DNA from: an uncultured Candidatus Saccharibacteria bacterium | GTDB lineage: Bacteria; Patescibacteriota; Doudnabacteria; UBA920 | Assembly: GCA_964631145.1 (NCBI GenBank) | Contig: CAZVXT010000001.1 | Coordinates: forward strand, 393,237 to 457,236 | Reading direction: 5' to 3' | Length of the DNA stretch: 64,000 nucleotides | In this document: positions 17,628 through 27,227 of the stretch, one piece after another | Position numbering within the stretch: position 1 is the first letter of the stretch | Layout of the letters: each line of letters begins with the position of its first letter | The notes under the pieces: model-generated | Seen by the model: the letters and a program-made list of their open reading frames with translations, nothing else | The model's database searches: none | Told to the model about the DNA's origin: nothing | Translations under genes and position numbers: made by a program

Positions 17628-18598
17628 CGTCCCAGCTTGCTTGCAACTTATTTGCAAGCCTTTTTATTTGATTGATTAAAAACTCCACGGTTGGTAGCCG
17701 GATCAATATTTTTAACAAAATTAGTATAGCAGTTAATTTTGAAAAAGAAAATAGGGAAAAGAAAAAGGACTAAACAATTGTTTAGTCCGAAAGGAGACAA
17801 GAGAGACAAAATATGGAAAAAGTGAGAACGGGCAAAAATAGAAAATAATGATAACAGATGAAAAGATCTCTCTTGTAAAGTATCCTCCTAAGGATATGAG
17901 GGGTGCGACACAGTAATATTACTAGTCGCTTGAATGTGCTAACTAAAAGTTAGCGTATGAGAATGAAGACAAATGTCTTGTATCTCAATTTCATTATACA
18001 CCTACAATAACACTTGTCAAGTCTTAGCAATTCAATTCAGAAATAAACATTTTTAATTACTTAATTAAGTAAACTTAGAACAACCTAGATGAGTGTTAAT
18101 TTATCCTGAGTTGGTTTGTGATTAAGGTTTGTTATATTATTAAATAAATCTAAATATTTTTTGCAAAATAAAAAGCGAAGCTGGATATGAATTGTATAAA
18201 TTAACATATAAATTAGCTTCGCGAAACATCTTTCCTTTGGGGGCAGATGTGCATTCTTCTCATGTTCCCAATTATGAGAAGACAGGAGGAATAAATATAA
18301 ATTGTATTGGGTGGATGCGACGTAAATTTAACGCACCCGCCATCTTAGATTGTTTTATAAATATAAAGTAACAACCTAAAATATTTCAAGCGAAACTGTT
18401 ATGCGTTGATGGTCTATTTCAAACAATTTAACAGACTGTATTGTCTATGGTTTCGCTTGTCTGCCATTGGCAGAAGCTTTATAATTGCAGCTTGCAAGTA
18501 AACCCTTCCGCTAATAATTAGCATTTACTTGCAAGGTTGGCGACTCTAAGAGTTAATTAACCAACAGGAGCTAGTTTGATTGCACTCTTAAGTTATGA
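17628..18598 (-). ncRNA. candidate large structured ncRNA (about 1 kb, unclassified), inferred from promoter and terminator placement and the absence of ORFs
   Basis: No ORF of 60 aa or more on either strand across about 1.07 kb between convergent genes. Many perfect hairpins: gctaact/agttagc, gcgaagct/agcttcgc, ttctcat/atgagaa, cttgcaagtaaa/tttacttgcaag. The minus-strand promoter sits at 18599-18626 and the bidirectional terminator at 17570-17627. Confidence 0.25.
17648..17676 (+). terminator. second tandem hairpin with a U-tract
   Basis: gcttgcaa-cttat-ttgcaagc followed by ctttttatttg. Confidence 0.4.
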
Positions 18599-18626
18599 AC
18601 ATTATATCTCATTTTAAGGATTTGTC
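18599..18626 (-). promoter_or_regulatory. near-consensus sigma70 promoter on the minus strand (TTGACA-N16-TATAAT) just downstream of the dnaE stop
   Basis: The minus strand reads gcTTGACAaatccttaaaatgagaTATAATg (-35 at 18621-18626 and -10 at 18601-18606 in + coordinates). It points into the ORF-free region. Confidence 0.4.
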
Positions 18627-18630
18627 AAGC

Positions 18631-21600
18631 CTATATTTGTAGCCGATCGTAGATCATGCTTACTTCTGGTATTTGCCTGAGAGCCTTGAGTAATGGCTGA
18701 GATATTCTTACGCTGGACTTGGTTTTTATGGTTTGAACAGTATCTCCATCTCCCACGCTTAAAAACACCGGCGCATTGCCAGGATTGCTTTGCAATAAAT
18801 TTTTAATAGCTTCTAAAGTTGCTGTGTTTTGTAAATTTGGAATATGAATTGTAAGCTCTGTTTGCTTCTCTAATTCTCCTAAAGCCATAAAATATAAATC
18901 ATCAGTAGGTATAGTAGATATTTCGTTGGCAATAAGTTTAGCTTCGCCATCTTTAAATGACATACGTCCAGTAAGCTTAACTACTTCATCGCTATCAAGG
19001 TAGGGAATAGCTGAAGGCATGAGTTTTGGAAAAATAATAGCTTCAACCGTACCTGTTTTGTCTTCTAGGGTTACAAACGCCATTGGGTCACTTTTTTTTG
19101 TCAGCATTCTTTTGACCTTGGCGATTGTGCCTGCAATTTTTACGCTAGTATTGTCTGATAAATTTTTGAGTGAATTTATTGTGTCGAAACCTTCGGTAAC
19201 TTTTTTGTAGTCATCTAAAGGGTGTCCGCTAACAAAAAGTCCTAAATGAGATTTTTCGAAAGAGAGTTCTTCTAAATGATTTAAAGGTTCGTGCTCAATA
19301 AGCTTTAATTTGCCAACTTGCAAGCTTTCTCCAAAAAGAGAAGTTTGTCCAGAGTTGTCTTCTTTAAAATGGGCGCGCAAAAAATCTAAAGCACGTTCTG
19401 TGTTGGCAAGAAGTGTGCCACGATCGCCAAATTTATCCATGGCTCCAGATTTTACCAGAGCTTCCCAAGACTTTTTGTTTAAGTTTCTGGTATAAACTTT
19501 AATTAAGAAATCTTCTAAGTTATCAAATTTAATGTTGGCTTTGTGGCAGTCAATAATTTGTCTTACAACTTCACTGCTTAGGTTTTTGATAGCACGAAGA
19601 CCAAAGCGAATTGTTTTATCATCAATAACAGTAAAACCTCCATAGCTTTCATTAACGTCTGGGGGTAGAACTTTGATTCCTAAGTGATTGCATTCTTCTA
19701 CTGCGTCTCTAATTTTATCCTCATCTCCACTTTCTGCTGTCATTAATGAAGCCATAAATTCTACTGGATAATTAGCTTTCATGTAAGCCGTTTGGTAGCC
19801 GACCATTGCATAGCTAGCCGAATGCGATTTGTTAAATCCATATGCTGCAAACGGTTCGATCCATGACCAAATCTGAGTAGCTTTTTCTAAGCTCCAGTTA
19901 GATGTTTCTACGCACCCTTTAACAAATTTTTCTTTTTGCTTAGCCATTTCTTCTGGAATTTTTTTACCAACAGCTTTACGGAATTTGTCCACTTCTTCCC
20001 AAGTATATCCAGCTAGATCGTGGGCAATGGTTAACAAATCATCTTGATAAACCAAGATGCCGTAAGTTCTTTCGAGGATAGCTTTTAGGGCAGGGTCTAA
20101 GTAAGTGATTAAACTAGGATTGTGTTTACGTGCTATGTATTCTGGAATAAATTGCATTGGACCTGGACGGTATAAAGCAACCATCGCAGAAATATCAAAA
20201 ATAGTGCTTGGTTTTAGTTCTTTAAGATATCTAGTCATCCCTGATGAGCCAAGCTGAAAAACGCCAAAAGTTAAGCCGCGAGAGAGCATGGCAAAAGTTT
20301 TTGGATCTGGATGAGGTAGATTTCCTAAATCAATTTTGATGTTGTGTCTGATGTTTACTAACTCAACTGCTTTTTCCAAAATAGAAAGATTACGGATTCC
20401 TAGTAAATCGAGTTTAACTACACCAATAGCGTCGCCTTGAGCGTTTACATCAAGCGCGTACATATCGTATTGAGTAATTAATTTCTTTCCTTCTGTTTCA
20501 AGTTGAATCGGAGTATAGTCGATTAATTGTGTTGGGGTTATAACAACTCCAGCAGCATGAACAGAAGCATGACGGACACATCCTTCTAGTTTTTTTGCAA
20601 TATCTAGAATTTGTTTTGTTTCGGCATCTGTTTCGTAAATGGTTTTGAATTCAGGATTAAGATCCATGGCTTTTGCTAAAGTCATTTCAAAACCTTGTTT
20701 TCCTATTGGTATCATTTTTGCGATGCGGTCGCATTTTCCATAAGGTATGGCAAGCGCTCTACCTACATCACGAACAACCGCCCGCGCTTTCATAGTTCCA
20801 AATGTCAAAATTTGGGCAACTTTGTCTTTGCCGTATTCTGTAGTCATCCATTCGATAACTTCATCGCGACGGTCGTCAGCAATATCCAAATCGATATCGG
20901 GTGGGGTAGGACGGTGCTTTGTTAAGAAACGTTCAAAAGGTAATTGGTAATAAAGTGGGTCTACATTGGTAATTTTTAATAAATATCCAACTAACGAACC
21001 TGCGGCGCTACCACGAGTATTAGTAATAGCACCGATGCGGTGCGCACCTTCGACGACATTAGCCACCATTAAAAAGTAAGGTGCAAAACCTTTTTGGCAA
21101 ATAATATCCAATTCGTAATCTACTCTGGTGGCAATTTCTTCTGGAACTGGACCATCTTTACCGTATTTCTCTTTCATTAGTTGATGGGTTTTTTCAACTA
21201 AATAACTCTCATCAGTGTAACCTTCAGGAATTTTAACTCTAGGGAAATATCTTTGATTGGTAGGGATTTCTATGTCTACCATGTCTGCAATAATTTGAGT
21301 GCTTTCTATAGCTTCGGGGATGTCTTTAAATTTTTCATACATTTCTTCTGGGCTATTAAAGGACAGGTCGTGTCCTCGCATATCAAGTCTATTGGTGTCG
21401 TTTACAGTTCTTCCTGTGCCAATGCAGACCATAATATCTTGAGCTTCCGCATCATCTTTATGCAAATAATGACAATCTTGCGTAGCAACAACTCTAACAT
21501 TATTTTTCTTACCAAGCGCAATTAGCTTTTCATTAGGTTGTAATTCGTGACCATCATTGCTGTTGCGTTGTAATTCTAAGAAAAAATGCTCTTTATCAAA

Positions 21601-22089
21601 AATATCTAAATACTCTTCCAAAGCAGTTTGCGCGGCTTGTTCTGATACTTTAAAAGCGCGAGGGATTTGTCCACGAGGACAGCCTGATAAAGCAATGATC
21701 CCAGTGCTATGTTTTTTAAGAAGTTTTAGGTCGATTCTTGGTTTATAGTAGTAACCTTCAAGGTGCGCTTCAGAAGTAAGTTTAACTAAATTAAGATAAC
21801 CTTCGTAATTTTGAGCTAGCAATGTTAAATGATGATAGTCCGCATCTATTTTTCCTTCTTTTACTTCCATGCCGCGCGGTGCAATATATGCCTCAATACC
21901 AATAATTGGTTTTATGTCATTATTTTTGCATTGGTTGTAAAAATCTATGGCACCATACATAACGCCATGGTCTGTAATTGCAACCGAGGACATTCCGTAT
22001 TCTTTGGCGAGGTTTACCAAAGCTGGGATCTGAGAAAGTCCATCTAATAGGGAATAGTGAGAATGGCAATGTAGGTGGGTAAAGTTCAT
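18631..22089 (-). CDS. dnaE: DNA polymerase III alpha subunit
   Basis: 1152 aa. PHP domain MNFTHLHCHSHYSLLDG, polymerase core, and OB domain. Confidence 0.95.
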   Translation of the reverse strand: MNFTHLHCHSHYSLLDGLSQIPALVNLAKEYGMSSVAITDHGVMYGAIDFYNQCKNNDIKPIIGIEAYIAPRGMEVKEGKIDADYHHLTLLAQNYEGYLNLVKLTSEAHLEGYYYKPRIDLKLLKKHSTGIIALSGCPRGQIPRAFKVSEQAAQTALEEYLDIFDKEHFFLELQRNSNDGHELQPNEKLIALGKKNNVRVVATQDCHYLHKDDAEAQDIMVCIGTGRTVNDTNRLDMRGHDLSFNSPEEMYEKFKDIPEAIESTQIIADMVDIEIPTNQRYFPRVKIPEGYTDESYLVEKTHQLMKEKYGKDGPVPEEIATRVDYELDIICQKGFAPYFLMVANVVEGAHRIGAITNTRGSAAGSLVGYLLKITNVDPLYYQLPFERFLTKHRPTPPDIDLDIADDRRDEVIEWMTTEYGKDKVAQILTFGTMKARAVVRDVGRALAIPYGKCDRIAKMIPIGKQGFEMTLAKAMDLNPEFKTIYETDAETKQILDIAKKLEGCVRHASVHAAGVVITPTQLIDYTPIQLETEGKKLITQYDMYALDVNAQGDAIGVVKLDLLGIRNLSILEKAVELVNIRHNIKIDLGNLPHPDPKTFAMLSRGLTFGVFQLGSSGMTRYLKELKPSTIFDISAMVALYRPGPMQFIPEYIARKHNPSLITYLDPALKAILERTYGILVYQDDLLTIAHDLAGYTWEEVDKFRKAVGKKIPEEMAKQKEKFVKGCVETSNWSLEKATQIWSWIEPFAAYGFNKSHSASYAMVGYQTAYMKANYPVEFMASLMTAESGDEDKIRDAVEECNHLGIKVLPPDVNESYGGFTVIDDKTIRFGLRAIKNLSSEVVRQIIDCHKANIKFDNLEDFLIKVYTRNLNKKSWEALVKSGAMDKFGDRGTLLANTERALDFLRAHFKEDNSGQTSLFGESLQVGKLKLIEHEPLNHLEELSFEKSHLGLFVSGHPLDDYKKVTEGFDTINSLKNLSDNTSVKIAGTIAKVKRMLTKKSDPMAFVTLEDKTGTVEAIIFPKLMPSAIPYLDSDEVVKLTGRMSFKDGEAKLIANEISTIPTDDLYFMALGELEKQTELTIHIPNLQNTATLEAIKNLLQSNPGNAPVFLSVGDGDTVQTIKTKSSVRISQPLLKALRQIPEVSMIYDRLQI

Positions 22090-22106
22090 AAGAAATTTGC
22101 AAAAAT

Positions 22107-23009
22107 TTGCTATACTTAAATTATAATAACACGTGTATGGCGACTCTAAAAGAAAGCTTGGAAATTCAATATTCTGGTCTAGCAGTTTTTGCTAGCGAAA
22201 CAGTTTTGGGGTTTAAAAACTGGTTACAAACAATGCCTGTATGGCAAAGGTTTATTTTTTTATTTTTGGTAATTGCTATTATCCCGGCATATTTAGGATC
22301 AAGAATTGGACTTTCTCAGTACATGTCTTTGCAATATGCCAGAAATAGTTTAGTTGTTCATCCAGCCTATACTGTTACTATGCCAATTAAGGTAGAAAAA
22401 ACTGAAGTTTTAAAAAATCCGAACGGCAATTATTCTGCTTATGCAATTATTAGCAATCCAAATTTAGATTTGGCAATTGATAATTTGCGTTACATTTTTG
22501 ATTTTTATAATTCTTCTAATCAAAAAATAAATTCTTCGAGCGGGACCACTTATTTACTACCAGATGAAAAGAAATGGTTAGTTATATCTAGAATAGAATC
22601 TACAGAAGACCTTGTTAAAGCAGAAGTCAATTTTGATTCTCAAAATTGGCAAAAGCGTATTAGTTTGCCAGATATTAAGTTGCGTTTACCAGAGCCAACT
22701 ATTACAGAACAGACCAATCCTCTTGCTGTGGTTACCGAAGGCGCTGCAATTAATCAAACAGAATTTGCGTTAAAGCAAATTAGAATTGTAATAGTCTTAT
22801 ATGGAGATAATAATAAAGTTTTGGCTGTAGCAAGTAGAGATGAAAATAACTTACAGCCGTTTCAACGCAGAGCTTATAAGTTATCGTGGCCAAATTTATA
22901 TCAAAATCAAATTAAAAGAGTCGAGCTTCAGGGTTACACCAATACTTTAGATTCTAGAAATATTTCTGAACCAGATACTTCTAATAGTCAAAGCCAGGTA
23001 CTAAGATAA
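22107..23009 (+). CDS. hypothetical membrane-anchored protein (the ATG at 22139 is an alternative start)
   Basis: A single TM helix (FIFLFLVIAIIPAYL) with a large extracytoplasmic domain. Immediately upstream of the SEDS gene. Confidence 0.45.
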   Translation: MLYLNYNNTCMATLKESLEIQYSGLAVFASETVLGFKNWLQTMPVWQRFIFLFLVIAIIPAYLGSRIGLSQYMSLQYARNSLVVHPAYTVTMPIKVEKTEVLKNPNGNYSAYAIISNPNLDLAIDNLRYIFDFYNSSNQKINSSSGTTYLLPDEKKWLVISRIESTEDLVKAEVNFDSQNWQKRISLPDIKLRLPEPTITEQTNPLAVVTEGAAINQTEFALKQIRIVIVLYGDNNKVLAVASRDENNLQPFQRRAYKLSWPNLYQNQIKRVELQGYTNTLDSRNISEPDTSNSQSQVLR

Positions 23010-24110
23010 ATGAATTGGATTTTATCAAAATTTAAAAGTTTTGACATTCCGCTGCTTGTAATCAGCGGTTTGCTTTTGTTGGTGGGATTAACTATCCAGT
23101 ATGCGATTTCTTTTGGCGAAGGAAGTTTGGCGGTATTTTATCGTCAACTTATTGCATCAGGATTAGCTGTAGTTTTGTTTTTAATTTTTGCTAACAATAA
23201 TTATGTAGCGTTATCCAAAGCTAATCGTATTGCATACATCTTGCTTATCGTTGCGTTGCTGTATTTAGTGATTTTTGGAGATCCAATTAGAGGTAGCGCA
23301 AGATGGATTGACTTTGGGTTCTATCAATTGCAGCCGGCAGAATTTGCAAAAGTTATTGTGGCAATTGGATTATCTAGGTGGTTGTACTTAAGAAGAGGAC
23401 AAGTTAATTCTTTATGGAGTTTTGCTGGCATGTTTGCTTATGCTTTGCTCCCTGCGCTATTAATCATGCTCGAGCCGGACTTAGGTTCTTCTATGGTTGT
23501 TATGTCTATTTGGTTTGGGCTGTTGTTGATAAGCCCTATCAGAAAAACATTTATAGTTGGGTTGTTGATTGCCGGTTTAATATTTGCAGGATTTTCTTGG
23601 GAGTTTGTATTAAAGGATTATCAAAAGCAGCGTGTAGAAGTATTTTTAAATCCAGATAAAGACCCTAGAGGAAAAGGTTATAATGTTAGACAAGCAATTA
23701 TTGCAGTGGGGAGTGGACAGATTTTGGGAAGAGGTTTGGGACAAGGTGTTCAAAGTCAGTTAAAGTTTTTGCCAGAAAAACATACAGACTTCGTGTTTGC
23801 TTCAAGTAGTGAGGAAATAGGGTTTGTTGGTTCCGCAGCAATCTTGTTTATGTTCTACATTATGTTTTGGCGGATTATAAAAATAATGTCTAAAGCAAGA
23901 AATGACTTGGCTATGTACTTGGCCGGGGCAATATTGTTCTTTTTTGCTTCGCAGTTTGTGATTAATGTAGGTATGAATATTGGACTTTTGCCTGTTACTG
24001 GTATTCCTTTACCATTCATTACTTATGGTGGAAGTTCGTTAATTTCTGTGGCAATTGCTTTAGGTATAGTGCAAAATATAGCTAAACAGTCTAAAGTTTT
24101 GCGTTTTTAA
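23010..24110 (+). CDS. SEDS-family peptidoglycan glycosyltransferase (FtsW/RodA)
   Basis: 10-TM protein with the conserved periplasmic loop NPDKDPRGKGYNVRQAIIAVGSGQILGRGLGQG. Confidence 0.85.
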   Translation: MNWILSKFKSFDIPLLVISGLLLLVGLTIQYAISFGEGSLAVFYRQLIASGLAVVLFLIFANNNYVALSKANRIAYILLIVALLYLVIFGDPIRGSARWIDFGFYQLQPAEFAKVIVAIGLSRWLYLRRGQVNSLWSFAGMFAYALLPALLIMLEPDLGSSMVVMSIWFGLLLISPIRKTFIVGLLIAGLIFAGFSWEFVLKDYQKQRVEVFLNPDKDPRGKGYNVRQAIIAVGSGQILGRGLGQGVQSQLKFLPEKHTDFVFASSSEEIGFVGSAAILFMFYIMFWRIIKIMSKARNDLAMYLAGAILFFFASQFVINVGMNIGLLPVTGIPLPFITYGGSSLISVAIALGIVQNIAKQSKVLRF

Positions 24111-24151
24111 TAACTTTGCTATAATGAGTAGGATAAAGAAACTTAATTAAT

Positions 24152-24520
24152 ATGGGTATTAAAAAAACTGATCTTAAAAAAATATTAAACTGGCTAGGCT
24201 TTGTATTGAAGTGTCCAGTTTGCAGTGCTAAATATCAATCTCCAAATATCAAAATTTTGGATAGTTTTCAGGAAGATCAAATGCAGAATGCTCACTTGCT
24301 AATTCATTCTGATTGCCACAAATGCAAAAGCTCTGTAATGTTTAATATTGATATTAATGGCTCTGATATTTTTACGATCATTGCAAAGACAGATTTGAAC
24401 AAACGAGATAGTAAAAAGTTTAGCGCGCTTCCTGCAATTAATACAAATGACTTAATTAAGATTCACGAACAGATTACAGGATTTGACGGAGATTTTATTT
24501 CAGCTTTCGGGAAAAAATAA
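24152..24520 (+). CDS. hypothetical zinc-ribbon-like protein (CPVC...CHKC)
   Basis: Four Cys arranged as C-x2-C ... C-x2-C. No other motif. Confidence 0.45.
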   Translation: MGIKKTDLKKILNWLGFVLKCPVCSAKYQSPNIKILDSFQEDQMQNAHLLIHSDCHKCKSSVMFNIDINGSDIFTIIAKTDLNKRDSKKFSALPAINTNDLIKIHEQITGFDGDFISAFGKK

Positions 24521-24536
24521 TACTATATAAAAATTT

Positions 24537-24564
24537 GAACCGGCTTAGCGCCGGTTTTTTTTAT
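24537..24564 (+). terminator. rho-independent terminator
   Basis: aaccggc-ttag-cgccggtt followed by tttttt. Confidence 0.65.
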
Positions 24565-24621
24565 TGTTGCTAAAAATATAAATTATTGCTATGATTGATT
24601 ATTAAATTAAGGAGGAAATTT

Positions 24622-25626
24622 ATGACAGCAGAATTAACAATTACTACGGAAAAGCAATATTTGAATTTGATACAATCTATTGGTTACCGAAAAGCATCAG
24701 TTTTATATTCTAAAGTTGTGCCATTTTCAAGTCCGTATTGGAATAAGAATACTATAGAAAATTGGCGAGATATTTATTGGGGATTAGATGACTCTCAAGC
24801 AGAACAAAAACTTTATATTATTAATAAAATAAAAGCTAAAATTTCTAATTTTCAAGACTGCCAAGATTTGGCAATCTTATATGAAAAAGGATCTAAAGAT
24901 TGTGAGTTGCTTGCAGATACTGCAAAAAAATATGCTAGCAGCGCTAGCGATTGGATTCAAATTAGAAATTGGGTAAAATCAAATTCTAAACTTGCAATTT
25001 TGGCTGAGCAAAAAATTAAAGAACTTCCTAAAAATTATTCTTGTTGGCGTTCTTTAATGTATTCAGCTTATGGAAATGAATTTACTATCTATGATGTTGA
25101 TTTTTGTTTAGAGCAAATGATAGACGCTGTAGATGCTAAAAATGTAGGCGAAGAATATGTAAATGCTTTAACATATGCATCCATTAAGCAAAAACAACGA
25201 TTAATACAAAAAGCTATAGATAAATTTAAATTCCAGAATAAAAGTTCGGCACAGTGGCTAAGTTTTTTTGAAGATCGTTTTGGTAGAAGTGATCTAAAAA
25301 TAGTTGCTTTATTTCAAGCATATGAAACCGCTCAATCAAAACAGGAATATATCAATGTTCTAGAAGCAGTGCAATGGTGGGATGAATTAGACGAGATAAA
25401 AAATAATTGTTATCAAAAAATTAAAGAATTTGGTTTAGATTTTAAAGAACAAGAATCCATATTGAAAAAAATTTCTGATACATGTATTTTATATAAAACT
25501 GCGTTAAATGACTTGATGTCTAAAGCTCAAACTTTATCAGATTGGGATACAATTTATCACTTTTATTCCAAAACAGCAGAAGATAGAGAAGCGGCTTTGC
25601 AAAAAATTATCCAATTAACTAACTAA
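24622..25626 (+). CDS. hypothetical all-alpha protein (335 aa); start placed after the AAGGAGG SD rather than at the track start of 24595
   Basis: SD AAGGAGG 7 nt upstream of the ATG at 24622. No recognisable motif. Confidence 0.5.
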   Translation: MTAELTITTEKQYLNLIQSIGYRKASVLYSKVVPFSSPYWNKNTIENWRDIYWGLDDSQAEQKLYIINKIKAKISNFQDCQDLAILYEKGSKDCELLADTAKKYASSASDWIQIRNWVKSNSKLAILAEQKIKELPKNYSCWRSLMYSAYGNEFTIYDVDFCLEQMIDAVDAKNVGEEYVNALTYASIKQKQRLIQKAIDKFKFQNKSSAQWLSFFEDRFGRSDLKIVALFQAYETAQSKQEYINVLEAVQWWDELDEIKNNCYQKIKEFGLDFKEQESILKKISDTCILYKTALNDLMSKAQTLSDWDTIYHFYSKTAEDREAALQKIIQLTN

Positions 25627-25638
25627 GTTAATTTACTT

Positions 25639-25670
25639 GCGCTAAACATTTGTTTAGCGTTTTTTATTTT
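25639..25670 (+). terminator. rho-independent terminator
   Basis: cgctaaaca-ttt-gtttagcg followed by ttttttatttt. Confidence 0.65.
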
Positions 25671-25735
25671 AGCAAGTAGTTGGACAAAAATCTCGATACT
25701 TGTTATTATGGATTGATATTTTTATGGAGGATAAT

Positions 25736-26155
25736 ATGCAAAAATTTGATAGTATCGTTTATTTGGAGGATTGGGAAAGATCCTTGGTATTGTGTGCCAA
25801 AGAAGCATCAAAGCACGCTTATGCTCCTTATTCTAATTATTTTGTTGGAGCGGCGCTAATTGATGAATCTGGCTCTATATCTATTGGGTGTAATGTAGAA
25901 AATCAAGCCTATACAGGTTCTCATGCAGAAACAGGTGCTATTGCTCAGATGATAGTTGGAGGAAAAAGAAGCATTAGAGCATTAGCGTGTTATACCAAAA
26001 ATGGAGGTTCTCCTTGCGGTGATTGCAGACAACGAATATGGGAATTTTGCGGCGGCAATTTAGAGGTTGCAATTTATTCTATTAACGAAGCAGAGCAAGT
26101 GGAAAAATATACAATAGGCGAGTTATTACCACATGCTTTTGATTTAAATAAGTAA
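25736..26155 (+). CDS. cdd: cytidine deaminase (homotetrameric type)
   Basis: YAPYSNYFVGAAL, Zn ligands SHAETGAI and PCGDCRQ. SD GGAGGA upstream of the ATG at 25736. Confidence 0.8.
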   Translation: MQKFDSIVYLEDWERSLVLCAKEASKHAYAPYSNYFVGAALIDESGSISIGCNVENQAYTGSHAETGAIAQMIVGGKRSIRALACYTKNGGSPCGDCRQRIWEFCGGNLEVAIYSINEAEQVEKYTIGELLPHAFDLNK

Positions 26156-26169
26156 CTTTGGAGGAATTT

Positions 26170-26392
26170 ATGAACGTAGATAATACAAATGATTATCAAT
26201 TTTTAAGATATAAAGCAAAAAATCGGAGATCAGTTTATGGTTATGATTACCGGCGGGGTTGCAAGTCATCAAGTAACTTTTGTCGAATGGGATGAAAGGG
26301 AATTGGCTCCAATTTTCGCTCTTAACGACAAATCGGAAAGAAAACTTAAACCTGGCGATTATATTGTTATGCAACAATTATAATCTATGGTA
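26170..26392 (+). CDS. one or two overlapping small ORFs of uncertain reality (41 aa basic peptide at 26170-26295; 51 aa at 26237-26392)
   Basis: GGAGG SD before 26170 and GGAG before 26237. The two are in different frames and the track also reports a 69-aa antisense ORF, so I cannot decide which, if any, is translated. Confidence 0.2.
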
Positions 26393-26399
26393 ATTAATA

Positions 26400-26436
26400 C
26401 AAAAACACTGAGTATCACACTCAGTGTGTTTTTTAT
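26400..26436. terminator. bidirectional rho-independent terminator
   Basis: aaaaacactgagt-atcac-actcagtgtgtttttt, between the small ORF and rmlA. Confidence 0.65.
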
Positions 26437-27185
26437 TTTCTATCTCTAGGATCCCTTACTCCAAGTTCGCGACCATTTTTAGCTAGCTCTAATACAAAGT
26501 GGCTAGTTTCTACATACGACTCAAATGTGCCAGCGTCAAACCATGCGCCCTCTAAAATTTTGGTTTGTAATTGCCCGCGTTCTAGATACCAATTATGGAT
26601 TTCTGTTATTTCAATTTCGCCACGCTCGCTAGGTTTTGCGGATTTTGCAGCTTCGATACAATTTTTATCAAAAATATAAATACCCGGTATCGCATAATCA
26701 GAAATCCATTCTTTTGGCTTTTCTTCTATTTTTGTCACCTTCATGTCTTGATCAAAAGCAACCACTCCGTAACGATGAGGATCGTTTACTTTTTTTGCAA
26801 AAATTAATCCGCCGTTTTTAAAGTTTGTAATTGCATCGCTGATTTCATCTTCAAAAACATTATCACCAAGAATCATGGTTACGTCGTCATTATCAATAAA
26901 ATCTTCTCCAATAATAAAAGCTTGAGCCAATCCTTCTGGCTTATCCTGAATCTCGTAAGTAAATTTTACGCCAAACTCTTTGCCGCTACCGAGGAGTTTC
27001 ATGTAGTCTCCGCAATGATCAGGTGCAACAATTATTAAGATATCTTTAATACCCGCATTGATTAGTTTTTCTAGCGGATAATAAATCATTGGCTTGTTGT
27101 ATATTGGCAAGAGTTGTTTTGAAGTAACTCTTGTTAATGGACGCAGGCGAGTGCCACTGCCGCCGGATAAGATAATGCCTTTCAT
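26433..27185 (-). CDS. rmlA: glucose-1-phosphate thymidylyltransferase
   Basis: GGSGTRLRPLT nucleotide-binding motif and the overall RmlA architecture. Confidence 0.85.
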   Translation of the reverse strand: MKGIILSGGSGTRLRPLTRVTSKQLLPIYNKPMIYYPLEKLINAGIKDILIIVAPDHCGDYMKLLGSGKEFGVKFTYEIQDKPEGLAQAFIIGEDFIDNDDVTMILGDNVFEDEISDAITNFKNGGLIFAKKVNDPHRYGVVAFDQDMKVTKIEEKPKEWISDYAIPGIYIFDKNCIEAAKSAKPSERGEIEITEIHNWYLERGQLQTKILEGAWFDAGTFESYVETSHFVLELAKNGRELGVRDPRDRK

Positions 27186-27227
27186 AAAATTATTTTACTT
27201 TCATTTTGAAGCAAGAAGATTTATAAG

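Noticed and set aside
19019-22102. Multiple 60-90-aa ORFs on the + strand within dnaE, and similar antisense ORFs inside dnaB, cysS, thrS, rmlA and others
   Set aside because: All are embedded antisense in long, motif-verified genes. None has an SD or independent support.
26168-26377. 69-aa minus-strand ORF between cdd and rmlA
   Set aside because: It overlaps two + strand small ORFs that have SDs, its composition is Phe/Leu/Ile-rich as expected from antisense AT-rich DNA, and it has no SD.
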